Origin: Octopus vulgaris
Taxonomy: Eukaryota
Direction: 5' to 3'
DNA: 64,000 nucleotides
Assembly: GCA_951406725.2 (NCBI GenBank)
Contig: OX597823.1
Coordinates: 78,120,001-78,184,000 of the forward strand
Position 1 is the first letter of the stretch; every line of letters begins with the position of its first letter. The notes under the pieces are model-generated. The model did no database searches. It saw only the letters and a list, made by a program, of their open reading frames with translations, and was not told where the DNA came from. Shown one piece after another: positions 54,326 to 64,000 of the stretch. The position numbers and the translations under genes were made by a program.

Positions 54326-54862
54326 AGCACGTGGATTATTGGTTAGGATGTTTGGCTCACAGTCGTAAGGCCATGTGTTCGATTCCTGATAGTGCATTGC
54401 ATCCTTGAGCAAGACACTTTATTTCATGCTATTCCAGTCAACTCTAGCTGGTGAAGATGAGTAGTACCAGTATTTCAAAGGGTCAGCCTTATTGCATTAT
54501 GTATCATGTTGTATCTCCCTCAGAACTACATGTCAATGCTCAAAAATATTTTGTTTGTTAGAGTGTGCTTTTTCTAGCCTTATGGAAAACTGACTGATAT
54601 GTTTTCCATGCTGGCATAGATGGGATAGTTTGATAGAAGATGGCAAGCTTGAGAGCTGCACCTGACTCCAATTGTCTGTTTTGCAAGGTTTCTACAACTG
54701 AATGTCCTGTCTAACATCAACACTTCACAGAGTTTAGTAGGTACTTTTTAAATTGCACCAGCACATGTGTGTGTGTGTGTATGTATATATATATATATCT
54801 TGCAGTAGAGTCCATTGAAATGGACAGCCATATTGAAGTGGCTACGAATATATATATATACA

Positions 54863-54918
<56 letters not shown>

Positions 54919-54922
<4 letters not shown>

Positions 54923-55249
54923 AGTAGTTGAATGAGTTATCTTATTAAGGATAATTCGAAAGATAACCGATACCTGGGTAGCAAATTCACATCAGAAAGA
55001 AAACGTCCCTAGGGTATAGACTACGTGTCTTTGTGCGGAAATTTGTATGTTTATTTTAAAATTATAAGTATATGAAAGAATGGAGTTGAACGACTAGTTA
55101 ACAAATATCCTTTATTCTCGACATATGTTTCGAAGGCTGCATATTCCTAATTCCGAAGGAATAAGGAGTACATTATGCAGATTTCTCATCAGGAAAATCA
55201 AGGAACTTATGTCGACATCAAAATGCACAAAAAACTTTTAGCTGACCGC
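54919..55249 (-). mobile_element. Microsatellite-embedded Penelope-pLTR-like cassette
   Basis: CpG-retaining 330-bp island between TA/TG tracts; carries the hammerhead at 55109-55203. Confidence 0.65.
55109..55203 (-). ncRNA. Type I hammerhead ribozyme with extended, UUCG-capped stem II
   Basis: Minus strand: stem I ccttgattttc/gagaataaagg, CTGATGA, stem II gaa..ctgcata..tcct..ttcc-TTCG-gaat..agga..tatgcag..ttc, GAAA, palindromic stem III acatatgt, GTC triplet. Confidence 0.88.
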
Positions 55250-55321
55250 TATATGTATGTATGTGTGTGTGTGCATGTGTGTATGTATTCATATATATGC
55301 ATATATAATTAATTTGCGAAG

Positions 55322-55388
55322 GTGTCATTAATTCTATTATTATCCAATGTAACTATTTTAAAAATGATAATAACAGAATCAATGACAC
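55322..55388. repeat. Inverted repeat, 23-bp arms
   Basis: gtgtcattaattctattattatc / gataataacagaatcaatgacac; both mismatches become G-U pairs on the minus strand. Confidence 0.85.
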
Positions 55389-56760
55389 AGGCGTTAACAG
55401 GCTAAAAATAGCATTAAATAGCCGAGGGATTAAAATTCATCATATTTACTATGTCTTTTGATTAATTTTATATGCATATATATATATGTATATATATATG
55501 CATATGCATATACGACAGGCTTCTTTCAGTCTCCATCTACTAAATCTACTTACATGACTTTGGCTGGCCCAGGGCTATAGCAGTATAATCACAAGGTGTC
55601 ACACAGTGGGATAGAACCCAGAACCACATGATTGGGAAGCAAACTTCATACACCTAGCCTGAAGGTCCTTTTGTTTTCCAGTGCCCTGAGGTTTTAATGC
55701 TCAAGGCAGTCACCTTGGTTGCCTCATGTATAAGTGCTTGCATTGGGTATTCTTCTTTCGGTGAATTTCAATGGTATTATTGTATTAGTGAAATTTTTGT
55801 CTTCGAGATGCTTTAGAAATTGCCATTGAGGAAACATGTTCTTGTTTACAGGGAGTAATGTTTTCGATAAGTAGATTCTCTACCATTTATAAAAGAAGCA
55901 TCTAACAGTTGGTACATTAGATCATTGTGCATTTACTATTCTGAAGATGTATGTCTTTTTTTTGGGGGGAAGGGGGTTCTCTGTTTACAAATCTCTCCTT
56001 GTGAAAAAAGAAACCTTTGTATTCATATGATGAATGAAAGGAGACAATCTGGTTGTGTAAAAGAATAAAAATAAAAACAAACATAGAAAATAAATTACTC
56101 TTAAACTCCAATGGATTTTTAAAGGTCATGTTTAACTTTGAGAGATTTTTTTGGTGTAATCAAATGTTTGTTTATTTTTATCCATCCTTTCATGCCTGCT
56201 AAGTTGCAATGAAGTTTTCAAATTTGTAATTTTGCACACACCTACAACAAGAGTTCTTATAATTTGTTTCTTTTCATACTGGTAACCACTCAACTGTCAG
56301 GTAGATGTGTTGCCTTTATGTCAGCCACAATGACTGGAGCAACCAGAATTGTCTTTTTTGCTACACACAATAGAATACCAGCATTTAAGTTTTGAAGTAT
56401 GGTGGTTTTATCAATATTATAACAACTTAAACCCTAACATTTAAAATTAAACCAAGGCAGGTATTTCTGTGTCAGATGACTAACTACAAAGTTATTATCG
56501 TCATCATAATTTAATGTCAACTTTTCCATGCTTGCATGGGTCAGATGGAATTTGATGAGGTATATCTTTTATGATTGTATACACGTCATATATACATGGA
56601 TGCTCTTCCTGTCACCAAGCCTTGTCTGTTTCCCTGGAAAGATAATTTGTTTTCATAGCCAGACTCTTTTCACAAAATATCTGAAAAAATTGATACTGCT
56701 TACAAGATGGTCATGCTCATTTGCAACCATCACATGATGTCAAGACAAGGCAACATACAT

Positions 56761-56781
56761 ATCTATCTGTCTGTATGTCTG

Positions 56782-56872
<91 letters not shown>

Positions 56873-56873
56873 A

Positions 56874-56939
<66 letters not shown>

Positions 56940-56979
56940 GCTATCTATCAGTGAATCTATCTATCTGTTTTTCTATCTA

Positions 56980-57040
<61 letters not shown>

Positions 57041-57064
57041 ATATCTGTCTGTCTGTCTATCTAT
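56761..57064. repeat. (TCTA)n / (GATA)n microsatellite
   Basis: Visible. Confidence 0.95.
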
Positions 57065-57169
57065 ATTATTAACTATCAGTAGCAGTTACTCTGTAACCGC
57101 TGCTGATAATTTAAAAAAAAAACGTGTATATATAGCCACTAAAAGTTGTTTCCAAGAAGAAATATGTGT

Positions 57170-57218
<49 letters not shown>

Positions 57219-58249
57219 TAGATAGAAAGAATGAGAGAAAGAAAGAAAGAAAGATCTGTAAATTTCCAGCTACCTAATTCACTCATAAGGCTTTAGTTAG
57301 CCAGGGAATGCAAGAGAAGACACTTGCCCTAAATGCAACAGAGATGAACCTGAGACCACATTGTTAAGAAGCAAATTTCTCAACCATACAGCCATGCCTA
57401 AGTCTATAAAATCAAAAGAAAACTAGAGAAAAAAAAAATGATGGTTTATAATTGAAGGACAGAGCAAAGTTAAACAATTTATATACATTAAGCCTAATTT
57501 TAGTGTAGATGACTTAATAAAAACAGTGAAGGTGAAAATCAGTCTCTTGATCCGTTGGATTCTGTCCAAAGACTGACTGTACCATTAAATCTTATTTTGT
57601 AGTGTTGATTTTTATCATTAAAATGAATTATTGTAAATCTATATATGTATAACACAAGTATTAAATCATTTTAAGCTCTGAGCTAGCCAAAGAAGTAACA
57701 GCCAATCATTTGGTGTCTTTCAAATTCTCTCAATCACTCTTCCTCCCCCACACACACACACAATCACATATCATCATCATCATCATCATCGTTTTAACAT
57801 CTAACTTTCCATGGTTGCATGGGTCAGAGAGAACACATTAAGGCGGGTTTTTCTATGATCAGTGGCAATTTCTTTCATCAACCCTCACTTATTTCCTGAA
57901 AACATAACATTTTGCTTTGGTCAAACATGGTTTTGTAGAAGACTGGAAATGAATATTATCGCTTTTGTGGTGATAGTCCCATACTTACCATCATGTGATA
58001 AGAAGAGAATGGGATGTGCACACTGCCATATATATATATGTGTGTGTGTATAGATATACATTTTGGTAACTTATCAGAAACGGCTGTTAGATAAGTTGCA
58101 TCACCTATTTTGTTATGCCATGCTTTGTATTAAAAAATAAGTTATAAATGTAGTCCAGTCGATGTGTTTGTTAATCTGAGGTTTTCTCTATTTTCTAATT
58201 GTTTGCATTTATATATATCTCATGGAGGTATTATGTCATGCTTGGGGAG

Positions 58250-58558
58250 AAGACCCATCAAGCTGAGCAAAATTGCAGTTGTGACAGATACCAGTGTCAT
58301 GCAAATTGGCATCCATGCCAGTGGCACATAAAAATATCCCAGCGTCACACAAATGGCACCTGTGCTTGTGGTACATAAAAGCAACCATTACACTCTCAGA
58401 GTGGTAGGCATTAGGAAGGGCATCCAGCTGTAGAAAACCATGCCAAATCAGACTGGAGTCTGGTGCAGCCTTTCAGTGTACCAGCCTGGTCAAACCATCC
58501 AACCCATGCCAACATGGACGATGGACGTTAAAGGATGATGATGATGATGATGATGATG

Positions 58559-58560
<2 letters not shown>
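58250..58560 (+). mobile_element. RTE-type 3' end with (GAT)n tail
   Basis: ggcattaggaagggcatccagctgtagaaaaccatgcc...ggacgttaaaggatgatgatg. Confidence 0.75.
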
Positions 58561-58612
<52 letters not shown>

Positions 58613-58616
<4 letters not shown>

Positions 58617-58926
58617 AGGCTCAATAGCCCAGTGGTTAGGGCAGTAGACTTGCGGTTGTAGGATCGCGGTTTCGATTCCCAGACCAGGTGTTGTGAGTGT
58701 TTATTGAGCGAAAACATCTAAAGCTCCACACGGCTCTGGCAGGGGATGGTGGCGATCCCTGCTGTACTCTTTCACCACAACTTTCTCTCGCTCTTTTTTC
58801 TGTTGGCCTGCTCGCTTAGCCAGTGCGGGGCCATCATTTGAAGGCTAAAAACCAATGTGAAGTGCATTGTGACCAGCGATGTGTAGCAACATCTGATAAC
58901 CTGGTCGGTCACGGTGATCACGGTGA
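58613..58926 (+). mobile_element. SINE family B, tail type 3
   Basis: Family B head and body, then a distinct tail ending ggtcacggtgatcacggtga; lies between (TG)n and (TA)n. Confidence 0.85.
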
Positions 58927-59414
58927 TATATATATATATATATAAAACAGAGCTATCAATGAGGTATTATCAATCTGGGCAAAATACTTTATAAGCTCTC
59001 TGTTAGTACAACAGTCTAACAATATTGTTTAGATTAGTAAAGAACTCCACGCATTCTTGTGGCATGGAAACTGAGGTTATAAATAGTTCATCACCATTCT
59101 ATATTGTAAATCCATGATCGTGTTCCCACTTATATTGTTTGTTTTTTTTTACACAGAGTGATATAAACGGCAAGACACAAATAATGGTCATTACATAATT
59201 TTCCTAGCTGTAGTAAATTTGACTTACAGCTGTTTCCAGTAGTCATTATAAGTTCATTATTGATTGGCTTACTCGTATATATTTATGTATGGCTGAAATC
59301 TTTCCTGTTCCATTACCAAACTCACTCACAAGGCCCTGGTCAAGTATAGTCCAGCGCTATACTGGAACACATTTGCTCAAGGTGACACACAATGAGACTG
59401 AATTTGAGATCAAA

Positions 59415-59590
59415 TATATTTCTCTACTACCCACAATGGGCTAAACATAGAGGGGACAAACAAGAACAGACAAAGGGATTAAGTCGATTACATCGACCCT
59501 AGTGCGAAACTGGTACTTTATTTATCGACACCGAAAAATGAAAGGCAAAGTCGACCTTAGCGGAATTTGAACTTAGAACGTAACGACAGC
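59415..59590 (-). mobile_element. SINE family C fragment nested in a decayed family A copy
   Basis: Matches ~25007-25180; family A pieces at ~59310-59410 and ~59595-59630. Confidence 0.75.
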
Positions 59591-60524
59591 TCAAATAGTT
59601 GGAAAGCAAGCTTCTTAACCACACAGCCACAATACTGTATAATATCAATATAATTACAAACTCACAAACACATAATATCTATCTTGAAAGTAATTGATTA
59701 AAAATAAACCATTATCCTTTAATATGGTAGTTGATATAAGATTATAAATTTTGTAAGTGGCTTTATATTATTGATTTTTAAATGTATATATATATATATA
59801 TATACATAAACACACACATATACATCGACACACATAAAATGTATGTATGTATACGGGTGGAAAAATCAAAACTAAAATTTGCATTTATTGGCTAATATAT
59901 AAAAATATAATTTTAAGATTTTCTGAAATGGACAGTAATGAATTTCAAAGAGTTATTTTAATTAATTCAAATGGTTACTTCATTAGATAAACCCTACTTC
60001 ATAATTAACTGATTTTTTTTTTTATGACCATTAATTATATACTGTGTGGCTTAAATTTTATTGAGTAATTTTTATAGGTAGATGTTTAGTGAATAATATT
60101 CTGATAATTTATATTGTATTTCTCTTTAAATAAGTATAATTATTGCTGTTGTTTTGCCCCTCCTCAATGCAGACTAATCAGATTTATGAGCAAGGGTATT
60201 CCAGATATGACCATCCTAAGTTTATGATGGTTCCTAAAACAACAGTATGTAATGTATCCCTCTTCCATTTCAAAATAGTAGGATGTCCTTTTTAAGGAGA
60301 TTTAGCTGCTATTTTTAGCAGGTTAAGTGACTATGTAAAGCCCTCCTCAATGACCCAAGAAAAAACTTAATATTAAAAAGTGAATTTATCATAAGGATAA
60401 GTATAATTTTGTGACATTTATGCTTCAAATTATCTCTCCTATCAGTCACAAACAATCACTGCTAGTTTTTTTTTAAAACCATTTATTTATTTATTTTTAA
60501 TTTCTCCTCCTCCTATAAAACTTT

Positions 60525-60975
60525 AGTCCATCAAATTGACCCTAGTATGTGTACTAATTTTTTCACATCTGTTACTTATTCTATTAGTTGCCAAACAGTA
60601 ACAGGGGACAGACAAAGACACACACATGCACGTGGCCAATGAAGAAAGTCTTCATCTACCAAATTCACTCAGAAGTCTACGGTTGAAGACATTTGTCTGA
60701 GGTACCACACACTGGGACTGAACCCAGAACCACGTGGTTAGAAAACAAGCTTCTTGCCACACACACACACACACACACACGCATACACACACACACATAA
60801 TATATATGTATGATGGACATCCACATAGTCTCTGTCTGCCAAATTCATTCATTAAGTAATTTGCCAACCCTGGGTTATAATAAGAAAGCTCTAGCCCAAG
60901 GTGTCATGCACTGGAATGGAATCTGGAATATATGTCTGCAAAGCTACTTTCTTAACCACTTACAGCCATGCCTGT
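60525..60975 (-). mobile_element. Two decayed SINE family A fragments
   Basis: catctaccaaattcactca...gggactgaacccagaaccacgtggtt and a second head ending cagccatgcctgtgtc. Confidence 0.65.
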
Positions 60976-61931
60976 GTCTGTTAATTATTTAATCATTTTT
61001 TATAATTAGTTCTTAATTTCTTTAAATATTCTCTCCTTTCCTTTGTGATTCACTTTTACATTCTTTCTCTGCCAATTTTCTAAACTGTTTTTTTTCTTTA
61101 ATTTTTGCCCTTGAATTATTTCCATTAATTCAATTTATTTAATTATTTAAATTTTTTTTTGTTGTTGTTGCAAAATTATCTTCATCAATCACATTGTCAT
61201 ATCCACTGCGAGCATTAATTTGTGCGCCTATTTGGACCAACTTAATCCTACATTGTTGCCATGTACTCAGGAGAAAACATTTCCTAGAAAGCAACCTAAA
61301 ATAGTGTAACATCTTAACCAACAACCAATATTTCATTTACCTCTGTTTAATACAAAATAAAACTGGAGCCAAATGAATCCCTACAGAAAGTTCTTATTCT
61401 TTTCTAACAATTAAACTCCAATAATGATTAACTGATTGTAAAATCTGAGTAACTAATTCAATTATGCTTGGTCTGATAATGAATTAGCCAGATTGGTTAA
61501 TTTGTTATCACTGCTTATTCTGAATGCCTGTTTAATATAGAAAAGCATCAGAGTTATGTTGAATCTCCTGCAGCTGTAATAAGTTGAATACTCCTGTGAA
61601 GTAAACTAGTTTTAGGCTATAATGTTTGAAATACCCTTATCTCTGACTAGGGGCATTCATAGAACAATCTTGATTAAGGATGCTCTGTTATTCAAGTGTA
61701 TCAGATTTTAATGTTATTTTAATTTTATTTGCTGGGTATAGAGGAAGGATCAGTGCTCATTCTCCAAGCCTGGTGAGATTGATGTAATAAATATTTTGAG
61801 CTATTGTAAGCCAATACCTGCAGGAAACTGCTTCACTTCAGTAGAAACAATTATATTCATTAGGCAATCTGTGTGGAGACCGGGTTAAGGGTTCAGTATA
61901 TTCTTTAGTTACCAATCACAATGTTACTTGG

Positions 61932-62275
61932 TGTATTTTGTCACACATCAGTCACCATGAGGCTCAGTGTATTCTGTCACTCATTAATCATTATGTGACT
62001 GTGTGTTTTATCATATATCAATCACTCTCAAATATCATGTAGATCGTCATTCAGACATTTTGTGATTGGGTATATTTTGTCACTCACTAATCATTACAAG
62101 ACTTTGTGCATCTTATCACTCATCATTCACTCAGAAATTTTGTTATTTTATCACTCATAAATCACAATTTGACTTAGCATTCACCCAATAATATTACTCA
62201 GTACTATTAGAATTGGTGTATTCTGCGAGTCATCAATTATTATTTAAATTTGTCACTCATCATTCACTGAGACTG
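61932..62275. repeat. Degenerate ~35-bp minisatellite
   Basis: Recurrent tgtatt(t/c)t(g/a)tcactcat.a.tcac unit, about 8-9 copies. Confidence 0.7.
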
Positions 62276-62743
62276 TAAAAGTAAATGAATTAAACTTTTG
62301 AGCCATATTCTAGTCTACACTTGGTATAAGGTAAAATAGCTTTGTTGACTTCCAGCATCACTACATATTCAAAGAATGCAGTTGTGAACCAGATGAATAT
62401 TTCATTTATATATGTTGCAGGCATTTCTTTTTTACTTTGTAAACAAAACTCTGTATTGTTTTGCTGATGTTTACTTCCTTCTCATTAAAGTACCCACTAA
62501 CTTCCTCTAGAAATTCAGTATTCACTATAGACTTAGCTATCTTTAGGACACTTAAGCTTGTTTATGTTTAAATCAGCTTACCTGAGTGCACCTATCTCTA
62601 GATCAGGTATCAGACAATATACGCTATTACAATCACAATTCACTGATGACACTATAGCTTCATGTCATCAGGGAAATTGTTTTTTGTTTAGCCTCATGTT
62701 AATGGAATAAATTGATCTGTTGAAAAAATCCTTATTATAAAAA

Positions 62744-63078
62744 AATAATAATAATAATGAAATTATTGTATACAGTGCTCAGGTGCACCACAACTTGTCA
62801 AAAGTGCATATAAAGCATATGCAGTAATGTACAAATGTCTGGAAAGTGAACAGTGTATGAGTTAGATACATGCTTGTGTGTGAATGGAGGGGAGAAAATC
62901 AGGTGTAGTGTTGGCGAATCTCAGGAAGCATGGAAGTTTTGAAGGATGCAGTGCTCCGACAACTAACAACTGATGCCGGCAGTTTGTTCTATGCTTCAGC
63001 AACTCTTGGCGTGAAAAAATGTTTCCGAAAGTCATGGGAGCTGTGCTGTTTTCTGACTTTGTAAACATGTGCACGGGT
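62744..63078 (-). mobile_element. 5'-truncated CR1/L2-clade LINE 3' end
   Basis: Minus-strand peptide TRAHVYKVRKQHSSHDFRKHFFTPRVAEA*NKLPASVVSCRSTASFKTSM matches TRGH..K...R..FF..RV...WN.LP..VV...FK; 3' UTR and (ATT)n tail. Confidence 0.88.
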
Positions 63079-64000
63079 TGAAATATTAGCTTCTGTCCCC
63101 TCCCTCATGGCAAACTGATTTAATCCACTTTTGAATAGTTCTTACAAAATTCGTAGTATCATTCTTATTAAAGTATTTTAAAATTTGACTCATTTGAATT
63201 AACTATGACATTGCTTTGTCAGTTGTCTTTTAAATTTGTATTTGATTATTCTGTAGCTTCTGATATCTTTATAACAATTTTTACAATGACTAGCAATCCT
63301 TGAAGTTACTAATAAAAACATGCATTTATAACGATGCATGAGTCTATGCAAATAATTTATGTTCCTAAGAATTTGTTCTTACAATCAAAACTGCATCAAA
63401 GATATTGGTTAAGTATTTGGAGATTTATAGCTCCTGGCTTAGCACATTTTCAAAATTTGCCTCGTAACATAGTTTAGTATAGTTGACGTGAAATCATGAC
63501 CAACATTTATTATAACCAACCTAATAATTTTTTTTATTCCAATGGAAATGAAAATTCATATAAAATTTATGACACAATAATAAAATATTTTCTTTTGATA
63601 TACATATCAAGGAATTTGATAAAGTATTTGAAATTTCTATTGTTGGAAAACATACAAAGAATTGTTTAGCTAAAGATATCAGATTTTCTTGATAAAGGCA
63701 CCACTTGTAAGGAGTTTTATTTCATCTAACAATGGAATGTCTGAGATTGAAATGCAGAGAATAAAACTGAAATGTATCAACCATAATTGCTCTAATAGTA
63801 TACAGTCTAACAGATAAAATTGTTTAAAGAAATAGCTTAAAAAGATGAAACATCAGTGAAAAGTGAGTATGAAAATACTTTTTATCACACCTAAACAATC
63901 AATAAAATTACAGGAGTATATACTAAATAGAATTATCTGCAAGCAGATGTAAAGAAATGGTGTATACCAGAAAAATGAAATTGTGAGGCAAAGAAAAATT

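Noticed and set aside
62862-63074. 70-aa minus-strand ORF as a gene
   Set aside because: Off-frame read of the CR1/L2 LINE remnant; the real frame contains a premature stop

Overview
AT-rich eukaryotic, repeat-dominated intergenic or intronic DNA. The SINE families and the dense (TA)n/(CA)n/(AAT)n/(TCTA)n microsatellites look like an octopus (coleoid cephalopod) genome; this is pattern recognition, not a database result. No intact host protein-coding gene is supportable: the long ORFs are microsatellite translations and most short ORFs are SINE read-throughs. Recognisable content: an internally deleted Gypsy LTR remnant, RTE and CR1/L2 LINE 3' fragments, mariner and possible hAT transposase relics, pogo/Tigger-, hAT-, piggyBac- and Helentron/Helitron-type non-autonomous elements, several tRNA-derived SINE families (many with TSDs and nesting), minisatellites and local duplications. 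The most interesting signal is two apparently intact minus-strand type I hammerhead ribozymes (12988-13094, 55109-55203) with long stem II extensions and palindromic stem III, plus decayed relatives. They sit in hairpin-rich cassettes embedded in (TA)n tracts, resembling Penelope pLTRs or retrozymes. Coordinates were read by hand, and repeat edges are approximate unless a TSD is given.
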